In this document: one piece after another, positions 1 through 8,584 of the stretch
How the letters are laid out: the number at the start of each line of letters is the position of its first letter
How positions within the stretch are numbered: position 1 is the first letter of the stretch
From: an uncultured Verrucomicrobiae bacterium
GTDB taxonomy: Bacteria; Verrucomicrobiota; Verrucomicrobiia; Limisphaerales; Palsa-1400
Length of the DNA: 64,000 bases
Reading direction: 5' to 3'
Assembly (NCBI GenBank): GCA_963707025.1
Contig: CAVPOM010000018.1
Span: 128,001 to 192,000, forward strand
The notes under the pieces: model-generated
The model's database searches: none
What the model saw: only the letters and a program-made list of their open reading frames with translations
Told to the model about the DNA's origin: nothing
Made by a program: the position numbers and the translations under genes

Positions 1-868
1 ACTTTTCCAGGATGAACCGCCCGTCGGCAAGGAAATCCGCCTCATGAACGTCAACTTCAAAGTGGTCGGCGTGCTCAAGGCCAAGGGCGCCAACATGATG
101 GGTTCGGACCAGGACGACATCATCCTGGCGCCCTGGACGACGATCAAATACCGCGTGTCGTCGGTTGGGTCCACGGCGGCGGCGGCCACGGCGACCTCGA
201 CGACCACGACCGTCCTGCCCAGCCAGGTTTATCCTCCCGCGCCGGAGTCCTTGTATTCAGTGCCGACGTCGGTGCAACAGGCCGACACGCCCCAGCCGGT
301 GCGGTTTGCCAATGTCAATCAAATCGTGGTGGCGGCCCGATCCGGCGGCGAAGTGGCGTCGGCGATTGACGAAGTCACCGCCCTGCTGCGGGAACGCCAT
401 CACATCCGGCCCGACATGCCGGAAGATTTCACCATTCGCGACATGACGGAAATGGCCCGGACGATGAGTTCTACGACGCAGTTGATGACGACCCTGCTGC
501 TGATCGTGGCGGCGATTTCGCTGGTGGTGGGCGGGGTGGGCATCATGAACATCATGCTGGTCTCGGTGACGGAGAGAACGCGAGAAATCGGGCTGCGCAT
601 GGCGGTGGGCGCGCAGTCCAGCGATATTCTGCATCAATTCCTGACAGAGGCCATCGTGCTGTGCCTGATCGGGGGTGCCGTCGGGATTGGGGTGGGACGC
701 GCGACTTCCATCCTGGTGCGGATGATCAAACACTGGCCGACCGCGGTCTCGGTGGGGGCGATCATCGTGGCGGTGGCCGTTTCGGCGCTGGTGGGAGTGC
801 TGTTTGGATTTTATCCGGCGTGGAAGGCGTCGCGTTTGGATCCGATTGACGCGCTGCGTTACGAATAA
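1..868 (+). CDS. MacB/FtsX-family ABC transporter permease, 5' truncated by the window edge
   Basis: C-terminal motifs VGGVGIMNIMLVSVTERTREIGLRMAVGA and GFYPAWKASRLDPIDALRYE; the frame is open upstream of the listed ATG at 44. Confidence 0.93.
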   Translation, partial: LFQDEPPVGKEIRLMNVNFKVVGVLKAKGANMMGSDQDDIILAPWTTIKYRVSSVGSTAAAATATSTTTTVLPSQVYPPAPESLYSVPTSVQQADTPQPVRFANVNQIVVAARSGGEVASAIDEVTALLRERHHIRPDMPEDFTIRDMTEMARTMSSTTQLMTTLLLIVAAISLVVGGVGIMNIMLVSVTERTREIGLRMAVGAQSSDILHQFLTEAIVLCLIGGAVGIGVGRATSILVRMIKHWPTAVSVGAIIVAVAVSALVGVLFGFYPAWKASRLDPIDALRYE

Positions 869-898
869 ATGAGCGGGATGATCTGTCATCGAAGTGCC

Positions 899-2332
899 AT
901 GAACAAAACGTTTTCAACGGCGCGCGCGGCCCTGGCCGTTTCTCTGGCCGTGCTGGCCCTAAGCAGCGGCTGCATGGTCGGCCCTGATTATCAGCCGCCG
1001 AAAACCGCGGCGCCGCCGGCCTGGTCCGGCCCGACCAACACCACCACCAACGCCGGCACGCGACTGTCGGCCAGCACGGTGGACACGGCCCGTTGGTGGA
1101 GCAAATTCCAGGACCCCAAGCTGACCGAGTTGGTCAACGCGGCGCTGCGAACCAACCTGGACGTGCAACTGGCCGAGGCGCTGCTGCGCCAGGCCCGCGC
1201 CGCGCGCGGGAGGGACGCGGGCGGACTGTGGCCGTCCGTAACGGCTTCGGGATCGGCCACCCGCACCGGCACGGTCAACGGGGCGAAGGTCGCGAACCCC
1301 AATGCGATCCGGGCGGGCGTGGGGGCGGCGTGGAATTTGGATTTTTTTGGCGCGACCCGGCGGCAGCTTGAGTCCGACGACGCCGCCATCCAGGCGGCCT
1401 GCGAAAATGTTTATGGGGCGCAGGTGACGCTGGTCTCGGAGGTGGCGCTGGACTACATCCAAGTGCGCAGCGCGCAGGAACAAATCGCCATTGCGCGGAC
1501 CAATCTTGCGACGGAGGTGCATACGGCGGAGGTGACCCGCCAGAAAGGGGTGGCCGGGTTCGTCAGCGCCCTGGACGAGGCCAATGCCGACGCGCAAGTG
1601 GCCACGACGGCGGCGACCATTCCGGTGCTGGAAACCAGCATTCAGCAGAATATTTTTGCCTTGAGCATCTTGCTCAACCGTCCGCCCGCCGATTTGTTGG
1701 AGGATTTGTCCAAACCCGGCGCCGTGCCGCTGACCCCGCCGGGGGTGCCGGTGGGATTGCCCTCGGACCTGTTGCGACGGCGGCCGGACATCCGCGCGGC
1801 GGAAGCCAGTTTGCATCAGGCGGCGGCCCTCATCGGCGTGGCGGTGGCGGACTTTTATCCGCAATTCTCCTTGACAGGGAATCTCAATTACCAGAGCAGC
1901 CTGGCGCGGGATTTGTTCGCGGGCGGCAACGGCATCTATTCCGGCGGCCCCTCGGTGAGCTGGCCGGTATTTTCGGGCGGCAGCACCATTTCCAACCTGC
2001 GGTATCAGCAGGCGGCGACGGACGCGGCCTATATCAAGTATCAGCAGACGGTGCTGGCGGCCTTGTCGGACGTGGAGAGCTATCTGGTGGCGTTTGCCAA
2101 GGAGTGGGACCATCGCAAGGCGTTGAGCGACGCCGTGGTCCACAATCGCCGCGCGCTCTACTTCTCGCAGCAGCTTTACCGGGCCGGCACCGAGGAGTTT
2201 CTGGTGCTGCTCGACGCCGAGCGTTCGCTCCTGGCTTCCGAGACCGCCCTGGCGCAGAGCAACCAGGCCATCGCGTCGGACCTGGTGAACATCTACCGGG
2301 CGCTGGGCGGCGGGTGGGAGGAGCTGAACTGA
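899..2332 (+). CDS. Outer-membrane efflux lipoprotein, TolC/NodT/OprM family
   Basis: Lipobox SSGC followed by MVGPDY; motifs GLPSDLLRRRPDIRAAE and YRALGGGW; directly follows the MacB-like gene. ATG 899 preferred over 869. Confidence 0.92.
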   Translation: MNKTFSTARAALAVSLAVLALSSGCMVGPDYQPPKTAAPPAWSGPTNTTTNAGTRLSASTVDTARWWSKFQDPKLTELVNAALRTNLDVQLAEALLRQARAARGRDAGGLWPSVTASGSATRTGTVNGAKVANPNAIRAGVGAAWNLDFFGATRRQLESDDAAIQAACENVYGAQVTLVSEVALDYIQVRSAQEQIAIARTNLATEVHTAEVTRQKGVAGFVSALDEANADAQVATTAATIPVLETSIQQNIFALSILLNRPPADLLEDLSKPGAVPLTPPGVPVGLPSDLLRRRPDIRAAEASLHQAAALIGVAVADFYPQFSLTGNLNYQSSLARDLFAGGNGIYSGGPSVSWPVFSGGSTISNLRYQQAATDAAYIKYQQTVLAALSDVESYLVAFAKEWDHRKALSDAVVHNRRALYFSQQLYRAGTEEFLVLLDAERSLLASETALAQSNQAIASDLVNIYRALGGGWEELN

Positions 2333-2337
2333 GAGGG

Positions 2338-4491
2338 TTATTTCTCCCATTCCATCTCAAGCTGGGCGAAGAGGAAGGCGTAAACGTCGGCTTCCTCGGC
2401 GATGCGCTCGTCCAGGGAACTGCCGATGCCGTGGCCGGCGGCGGAGGCGGTGCGCAGCCAAACGGGCGAGGGAAAGGGATCGCGGCTGGCGGCCTGGAGA
2501 CGGGCGGCGAATTTGCGCGAGTTGTAAGGATTGACCCGGCCGTCGTTGTCACCTGTCAATAATAATAAACCGGGGTAGCGCACCCCGTTCACCACATGCT
2601 GGTAGGGCGAGTAGGCGTAAAGGGCCTGGAATTGCGCCGGGTCCTGGACGGAGCCGAATTCGGTGACGTTGAAGGCGCCGTTGGGCTCCAGTTCGGCGCG
2701 CAGCGAATCGTAGATGCCGACATGGGAGACGACGGCGCGGGCCAGCTTTGGGTTCTGGGTGAGGAACGCCCCCATGAGCAGGCCGCCGTTGCTGGCCCCC
2801 TCGGCAGCCAGCTTGGAGGGCTGGGTGTACTTCTTGTCAATGAGCCATTGGGCGCAGGCGGCGAAATCGTCGAAGACATTTTGTTTGTTGGTCAGGCTGC
2901 CGGCTTTGTGCCATTCCCCGCCAAACTCGCCCCCGCCGCGGAGGTTGGCCACGACGTAAACGCCGCCGTGCTCCAACCAGAGGCTGCGGGCGGCGGAGAA
3001 GTCGGGGGTCAGGGAGATGCCGAAGCCGCCGTAGCCGTAGAGGAGGGTGGGATTATTGCCGTCCAGTTTGGTTTTTTTGCGGCGCATGATGTTCATGGGG
3101 ATTCGGGCGCCGTCCCTGGAGGTGGCGAATTCGCGCAGGACTTCGACGTTGCTGAAGTCGGCGGGCGATTTTCCGACGAGCGCGGTGCGGCGGATTTTTT
3201 TGGTGGCGGCGTCGAATTCACTCCACGCGTAAGGCTCGGTGTAACTGACGGTGTCAAACAGCAGCTCGTCGCCTTGGGGAGAGAGCATTTCCAAGACGGC
3301 GGAAATGGGGTCCTTCAGGGGAATGCGCCGGACGCCCTCGCCGCCGATGTAGCGAATTTGGGACGGGCCGCCCATCAGGTCCTGCACGTAGAGGCCGCTG
3401 ACGGTGGGGCAGAAATTCTCAATGACAGCCTCGCTCAAGGGGACGACGACCGGGAGCGGTGTGCGGCGGTCAGAGACCGCCGTTACAGGGTCGGTCAGGG
3501 AAAGGCGCAGGATTTTGCCGTGCGGGGCGTCTTTGGTGGAAAGCAAGTAGAGGCAGTCATCCTTGCCGAATTCGCCCTGCTTGATTTGATCGCTAAAGGA
3601 GGCCAGTTGTTTCCACTGGCCGTCGGGATCGCGCAAGTAAAGGGCGAATTCGCCGCCGTCGCCGTTGGCCACGGTGGCCAGGAGGTAACGGCCATCTTCC
3701 CGGGATTTGAGGGCGATTTCGGCGATGCGGGGCAGGCCTTGGCCCAACTCGAGGCGGTCCTGGCTGAGCGGCGTGCCCAGGCGGTGGAACCAAACCTGCT
3801 GGTAGAAATCCAAATCGGCCTCCGGCCGTTCGCCGGGGGCGGGGTAGCGGGTGTAATAGACGCCCGAGCCGTCGGCGTTCCAGGCGGCGCTGCCGCCGGC
3901 GGTGGCGCCATTGACGCGCGGGATTTTGTCGGCAAGCGGCTGGCCGGTGGCGGTGTCGTGGAAGAAAAGGGTTCCGTCCTCGGAGCCGTTGTCAGAGAGG
4001 GAAACGGCGACGCGTTTGCCGTCCAGGGAAGGCACGGCGAAGTCAATGGTGGTGGTCCCTTTGGGATTGAGCCGGTTGGGGTCGAGCACGACGCGTTCGG
4101 AGGAGGGATCGTTGGGGGACTTGAGGGTGATGAGCCAGGGCTGCTGGGCCGGGGGCTGGAATTTCAGGGCGAAGAGGAGCCCGGGGCGGGACTGGAGACC
4201 GAAGTAGCCGGGGGCGGTTTGGGAGTAAATTTTTTCCAGGCGTTTGACAATGTTGGAGCGGGCGGGGAGATTGTCCAGGCAAGCGCGCGCGAAGGCGTTT
4301 TGGGCGGCGCTCCACTGTTTGACTTCCGGATCGTTGAAGTTTTCCAGCCAGCGGTAATTATCAATGACGGTAACCCCGTGGTAAACGTTGGTGACGGGGC
4401 GCAACGGTGTGTCCGGCAGGCCGCCGGCGAAACCGGGATTTGCGGCGGCGAGCCAGGCGGCCAGGGCCAGGTTGAGGAGCGACGTTTTCAC
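2338..4491 (-). CDS. Prolyl oligopeptidase (S9A) with signal peptide
   Basis: GYGGF, NLRGGGEFG, catalytic GASNGG, DGRV and AGHG motifs. Confidence 0.95.
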   Translation of the reverse strand: MKTSLLNLALAAWLAAANPGFAGGLPDTPLRPVTNVYHGVTVIDNYRWLENFNDPEVKQWSAAQNAFARACLDNLPARSNIVKRLEKIYSQTAPGYFGLQSRPGLLFALKFQPPAQQPWLITLKSPNDPSSERVVLDPNRLNPKGTTTIDFAVPSLDGKRVAVSLSDNGSEDGTLFFHDTATGQPLADKIPRVNGATAGGSAAWNADGSGVYYTRYPAPGERPEADLDFYQQVWFHRLGTPLSQDRLELGQGLPRIAEIALKSREDGRYLLATVANGDGGEFALYLRDPDGQWKQLASFSDQIKQGEFGKDDCLYLLSTKDAPHGKILRLSLTDPVTAVSDRRTPLPVVVPLSEAVIENFCPTVSGLYVQDLMGGPSQIRYIGGEGVRRIPLKDPISAVLEMLSPQGDELLFDTVSYTEPYAWSEFDAATKKIRRTALVGKSPADFSNVEVLREFATSRDGARIPMNIMRRKKTKLDGNNPTLLYGYGGFGISLTPDFSAARSLWLEHGGVYVVANLRGGGEFGGEWHKAGSLTNKQNVFDDFAACAQWLIDKKYTQPSKLAAEGASNGGLLMGAFLTQNPKLARAVVSHVGIYDSLRAELEPNGAFNVTEFGSVQDPAQFQALYAYSPYQHVVNGVRYPGLLLLTGDNDGRVNPYNSRKFAARLQAASRDPFPSPVWLRTASAAGHGIGSSLDERIAEEADVYAFLFAQLEMEWEK
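3464..3487 (-). repeat. GTAG-type REP-like palindrome inside the prolyl oligopeptidase CDS
   Basis: cggcggtcagagaccgccgttaca differs at 3 of 24 positions from the intergenic copy cagcggtcacagaccgccgctaca (46791-46814). Confidence 0.7.
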
Positions 4492-4540
4492 GGGAGGGAG
4501 ATTAATCGGAAACGGAAGTATAAAGATAACGCACAGCCCG

Positions 4541-4816
4541 TTAAAAGCACGACAAATATCGTTTCGTGTTACTGACCGCTACATCCCGACATTTTTTCCT
4601 GGCATAAGCCCGGAATTGAATGAGATTGATGGATTTGAAGTCGGGATGAACTGAAACCTTCTCAGCATGAAGTCTCTCGATTAAGGTATTAAATGCCTCC
4701 TTCGCTTCCTTGCATTGGGTTGCAAGGGGGTCGGAAGCCCCTTCAAATTGCACAAATAAGGCAACAAGCTGATCTATGTCACTTCCGCAAATAACCCCGC
4801 TGGAATCACCTGGCAT
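4541..4816 (-). CDS. Small hypothetical protein, second gene of a low-GC pair; start uncertain
   Basis: ORF in an AT-rich islet overlapping the end of 4774..5181; no recognised motif. Confidence 0.5.
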   Translation of the reverse strand: MPGDSSGVICGSDIDQLVALFVQFEGASDPLATQCKEAKEAFNTLIERLHAEKVSVHPDFKSINLIQFRAYARKKCRDVAVSNTKRYLSCF

Positions 4817-5181
4817 TCAGAATCCTGTAGGTTTTGATAATAACGGTCTTGGGCTTCCGATTTGTAATCAAGGGCCAGATCGAAAAGATCACCAGTCCCG
4901 CATGCTGGATGATTTACTCGTAATTCTCGTAATGCTTTCAGGGCAGTATCACAAAAATCGGCCATCTTCTTCCAGATTTTGGCGGCCTCTTTTGGGTCTG
5001 CCTGCTGAATCGCAGTATAAGCACTTAACTGATAAGTGTGCATTATTGCTGACTTCACATTTACAACGTGCTGGAAAATCTTGTCACAATCCGCAATGGG
5101 GTCGAGCGTGGCGGCGGCCCTTTTTAATTCAGCAATCTGGCACCCATTCACGGCGTCTAAATTGTCGGTGAGTGCAATCAT
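4774..5181 (-). CDS. Hypothetical protein, 135 aa, probably helical, in a low-GC islet
   Basis: ATG-started ORF with protein-like composition in AT-rich sequence; no recognised family. Confidence 0.65.
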   Translation of the reverse strand: MIALTDNLDAVNGCQIAELKRAAATLDPIADCDKIFQHVVNVKSAIMHTYQLSAYTAIQQADPKEAAKIWKKMADFCDTALKALRELRVNHPACGTGDLFDLALDYKSEAQDRYYQNLQDSECQVIPAGLFAEVT

Positions 5182-5243
5182 AGTTCATTTTTCATGGCAC
5201 AGCTTAAGGCAAATCTGCATGGCAGTCAACCCCTTTCCACGCC

Positions 5244-5459
5244 ATGAACGACCTCGCGTGCCAGGCACAGAAGGAAAAGGAGGCGCTGGAAGCCGCCAAG
5301 GCCGCTCAGGAGGCGGTTGACGGGCAAATCGAGGATCAAGCCGTCGAGAAGATAATCGAGAGCCTCGAAGGGGCCAACGATAGGGAGCAACTCATCGAAG
5401 ACCTGACCGATCTGATGAACGGCGGTAAGTTGGATGTAACACAATGTAACGGGGTGTAA
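5244..5459 (+). CDS. Small acidic helical hypothetical protein or gene fragment
   Basis: 71-aa ORF with coiled-coil-like E/A/K composition, ending within the TGTAAC repeats. Confidence 0.4.
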   Translation: MNDLACQAQKEKEALEAAKAAQEAVDGQIEDQAVEKIIESLEGANDREQLIEDLTDLMNGGKLDVTQCNGV

Positions 5460-5510
5460 CGGGGGCGGTTTTCGTAAACCCTTGATAATCAACAACTGTA
5501 ACGGTGTAAC
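5435..5510. repeat. Five TGTAAC hexamers flanking an IHF-consensus site
   Basis: TGTAAC at 5435, 5445, 5455 (10-bp period), 5497 and 5505; the minus strand of 5475-5487 reads TATCAAGGGTTTA, matching WATCAANNNNTTR. Confidence 0.6.
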
Positions 5511-5612
5511 GGGTGTGGCGCATCTCACCCTGCCTGCATTTTGGTCTAACACACAAGAGGACATTGGGGTGCGTTGAACCAAACCAGTCCCAAGCCTTTC
5601 CCGGCCAACGCT

Positions 5613-6686
5613 TCACTGACGCATCGGCGGCGGGGCATTGGTGGCGGCGGCGGCTTTGGCAGGCGGGCGGGCGGGCGGTTGGAACGAGGCGGTGGAGATA
5701 ATGGGCGGGCTCATGCCCGGGGGCAGCGGCGGGGGCAGGATCATGCCTGGAGGCATGGGAGGATATTGCACGGGGCGAAAGCCGGGCGGCGGGGGCGGCA
5801 GGATGGGGAATCGTTGCACCAGGGCGCGCCAAAGGCTGCGCTCCTTGGGGGTCAGGGTCTCCCAACGGGCGGCATTTTTAAGGAATTCATCGCGTTGGGC
5901 GGTGTCCATGCCGGCGAATTTTTCGAAGGACTGGATGCAGATTTTGCGCTGGGCTTCGGGCAGGCCGGCAAAGGTTTTCAGGGCTGTTTCCATGGTGTGG
6001 CGCTCGGCCTCGCTGAAGGCGGTGAGGGTTTTTTGCTGGCGGGACTGGTCCTCCTCGCAGAATTGGCCGAATTGAGCGCTGCGTTGCAGGCGCTCGGGTT
6101 CGGGGACCGAATCCCATTGGGCCAGGGCCAGGGTGAGGGCCTGGTGGCGGTCGGGGGAAAGTTGGGCGAGCATCGCCTTTTTCCCGGCCGGGGAATTGGT
6201 CAGCCAGCGGGCATAGTCTTCCAGAAGGGGGCGGTCTTCCAAAGTGAGGTCCTTGATGAAGGCGGGGCGCTCGGCGGGGGCCAGGCCGAGCAGGCGGGAC
6301 AGTTCCCAGCGCAATTGGGTCTGGCGCAAGCGGGCTTCGCGGATGTCGGCCGGGAGGGCCTGGTATTCCTCGACTTTGGCGAGGAGGATTTTTTTGGAGT
6401 CGGCGGGTTTGTCGGCCAGGGCGCGTTCGCGCTGGGCCGCGGTCATGCCCAGAATGCCGCGGAAGTAAAGGACGGGGGAGGTTTGATGGAGGGTGACGCC
6501 GGGGGCGACAGCTTTGTATTCAATGGGAGGAGGAAAGGGAGGAAGATTAGGATTAGGATTAGGATTAAGATTGGAATTAAGACCGGGATGAGGAGGGGCG
6601 GGGGGGGATTGGGCGCGGAGGCCAATCGCGGCTGCCACGGCAAAAGTGACCAGGACAAGGCGGCGCAAATGGATGAGCAAGTTCAT
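5613..6686 (-). CDS. Exported DUF3106-like helical-repeat protein with Pro-rich tail
   Basis: Signal peptide and repeated W/F-x-x-L-x-P-x-E-R units; third gene of the sigma/anti-sigma operon. Confidence 0.7.
   Translation of the reverse strand: MNLLIHLRRLVLVTFAVAAAIGLRAQSPPAPPHPGLNSNLNPNPNPNLPPFPPPIEYKAVAPGVTLHQTSPVLYFRGILGMTAAQRERALADKPADSKKILLAKVEEYQALPADIREARLRQTQLRWELSRLLGLAPAERPAFIKDLTLEDRPLLEDYARWLTNSPAGKKAMLAQLSPDRHQALTLALAQWDSVPEPERLQRSAQFGQFCEEDQSRQQKTLTAFSEAERHTMETALKTFAGLPEAQRKICIQSFEKFAGMDTAQRDEFLKNAARWETLTPKERSLWRALVQRFPILPPPPPGFRPVQYPPMPPGMILPPPLPPGMSPPIISTASFQPPARPPAKAAAATNAPPPMRQ
6545..6582. repeat. (GATTAR)n hexamer tract, in-frame within the CDS, encoding NSNLNPNPNPNL
   Basis: gattag x3, gattaa, gattgg, aattaa; same unit as at 32091, 53875 and 61586. 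Confidence 0.8.
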
Positions 6687-7205
6687 TTATTGCAGGATTT
6701 GCAGGAGGGCGTCATCGGCGACTTGAACGCGGCTGAGATTTTCGATGGTGTGGAAGTTTTGCAGCCAGTCCACCGGCTGAAGGGTGGCCAGGGCGCCGAC
6801 GCTGGCCAGGTCGCGGGCCATTTTTTGGCGTTGGACGGTTTGGTATTCGAGGACGGTGGCGAGGCTCAGGCAAACCATGGTCAGACCGACGGCCAGACGC
6901 GGCATCCAGCCGGCCGGGAGCCAGGAGGCGGGGTCGAGCCGGTAGCGCCAGGCGGAGGGGGCGGGAGCGCGCTGGACGGCTTTGAGGACCAGAGCGGTAA
7001 AGTTGGAGGAGACGGGCGCGGGCGGCAGGCGGTCCAAGGCGCGGGTGAGGGCGGCCTCCAATTCCCACTGGCTGCGGGCTGCGGGATGGGCGGCGAGGTA
7101 TTGGCGCAGACGGGCCTGTTCGTCCGGCGTGAGGCCGCGACGCCAGGCCAGTTCGGTCAGTTCCTGCGAAACAGGGCTGGGCATGTCATCATTCACACTA
7201 TTCAT
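6687..7205 (-). CDS. Putative membrane anti-sigma factor
   Basis: N-terminal helical domain with a VSSNFT..VL motif and a single TM helix; ATGA overlap with the sigma factor stop. Confidence 0.75.
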   Translation of the reverse strand: MNSVNDDMPSPVSQELTELAWRRGLTPDEQARLRQYLAAHPAARSQWELEAALTRALDRLPPAPVSSNFTALVLKAVQRAPAPSAWRYRLDPASWLPAGWMPRLAVGLTMVCLSLATVLEYQTVQRQKMARDLASVGALATLQPVDWLQNFHTIENLSRVQVADDALLQILQ

Positions 7206-7864
7206 AAACACCGTTTGAGCGGCATGGTTTCGGTTTGTTTAAGAGGCGTGGTTTGGGCCGGATCCTCCTCCCAGGCGCCGGTTTGGAGATAAGGTTTGAG
7301 CCGGAGTTTCAAGGTTTCGCGGGCGCGATGGATGAGGGACTTGGTGGCGGAAAGGGAGAGGCCAATAACGCGGGCGATTTGCTCGTAGGAAAGCTCATCC
7401 TGGCGGCAAAGCAGGACGGCCAGGCGCTGTTTTTCGGGCAGTTGATCCAGGGCTTGCTGGATTTTGGCTTCGAGTTCGTTATGCAAAATGGCTTGCGGCG
7501 GGGTGAAGGTGCGCTGGTCTTCAAATTGGCGCGTGGCCGGTTCGTCGGTGTCCGGCAGGCTGGACTCGATGGACTGGGCGGGATGGCGGGAGCGGCGGCG
7601 GATTTCGTTGAGGCAGACATGGCGGGCGATGGTGAAAATCCAGGTGGAGAATTTGGCGGAAACCTGGTAGCGGGAGGCCGATTGGTAAACCCGGACGAAG
7701 ACGGTCTGGGCCAGGTCTTCGGCTTCGGAAAGATCGTGCAGCATGCGGAACATGAGGCTGACGATGGGCTGTTTGTATTTTTCGACCAATTGCTCGAAGG
7801 CGCGCATGTCTCCCTCTTTGGCGAGGAGCATGAGCGCGGCATCCGGGTCGGGCGGCTTGGCCAT
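7202..7864 (-). CDS. ECF RNA polymerase sigma factor
   Basis: Region 2 (AEDLAQTVFVRVY, KFSTWIFTIARH) and region 4 (LSYEQIARVIGLSLSATKSLIHRAR). Confidence 0.93.
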   Translation of the reverse strand: MAKPPDPDAALMLLAKEGDMRAFEQLVEKYKQPIVSLMFRMLHDLSEAEDLAQTVFVRVYQSASRYQVSAKFSTWIFTIARHVCLNEIRRRSRHPAQSIESSLPDTDEPATRQFEDQRTFTPPQAILHNELEAKIQQALDQLPEKQRLAVLLCRQDELSYEQIARVIGLSLSATKSLIHRARETLKLRLKPYLQTGAWEEDPAQTTPLKQTETMPLKRCL

Positions 7865-8092
7865 GGGCGTCAGTTTAACGCAACACCGGGCGGGAGACAA
7901 GGATGCGGCTGGAATGTTGGAGAAATGCTAAATGATAAAGGAAAAATGATGAAGGGCAGATCTTTTTGACGCGGATGATAATGGTGACCTTTTGCCAGTC
8001 CGGGAAGTACTGAGAACGCAGGAGCAACTTTCAGTCAGGCGGTGACTCCCGGTGGCCCAGGTCGCGCGGCAGAAAACATCCCAAGTCACGGT

Positions 8093-8584
8093 TCAGATAT
8101 CCGAGAACAGGATAGGGCGAACGTGCCTTCGCAAACGCTCAAGTTCGCCAGCATTGTGACAAAGGAGACCATGCGCCCATGTCTCGTCGGTGTTGTCACG
8201 GCAGTCCCTTGCCATCGCCAAGCCGATGGTTTCGTATGTAGAACCGAGATTCTGTCGCAACTCTTCGGGTTCGCTCCGCGCGCCCAGAACGAATACTCTT
8301 TCCCTCAAGGGATCTGGAATCGCGGCCCGCACTTCATTCAGCCGACCTTCCCTGCCATCGAAGTCAATCAGAAGAACCATAAACCGATTGGCATTTCGAT
8401 CCATTTCCGGGACGTGGTAAGCCTGAAAGCGATCCAGAACCTCCCGCCAGCCACCCGCCTCCTCAAGTATTTGCATTCTCCGAGTGTCCAACCGCGGATC
8501 GAGTTGGAAGCCGTTGGCCAATTGCCGGTTGGCATCGTCCTCCGGAAGCACGAAGACATGCGGCAGATACTTGTTCACGCTCAT
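8093..8584 (-). CDS. Putative TOPRIM-like nuclease partner of the ABC ATPase
   Basis: Beta-strand plus acidic motif (VFVLPEDDAN) and a later strand plus DxD (VLLIDFD); ATGA overlap with the ATPase stop; lower GC than the flanks. Confidence 0.6.
   Translation of the reverse strand: MSVNKYLPHVFVLPEDDANRQLANGFQLDPRLDTRRMQILEEAGGWREVLDRFQAYHVPEMDRNANRFMVLLIDFDGREGRLNEVRAAIPDPLRERVFVLGARSEPEELRQNLGSTYETIGLAMARDCRDNTDETWAHGLLCHNAGELERLRRHVRPILFSDI

Noticed and set aside
2596..4575. Long antisense ORFs (for example 2596..4575, 18786..20909, 27844..29697, 44908..46800)
   Set aside because: They are shadows of well-supported genes on the opposite strand in high-GC DNA and show no motifs.
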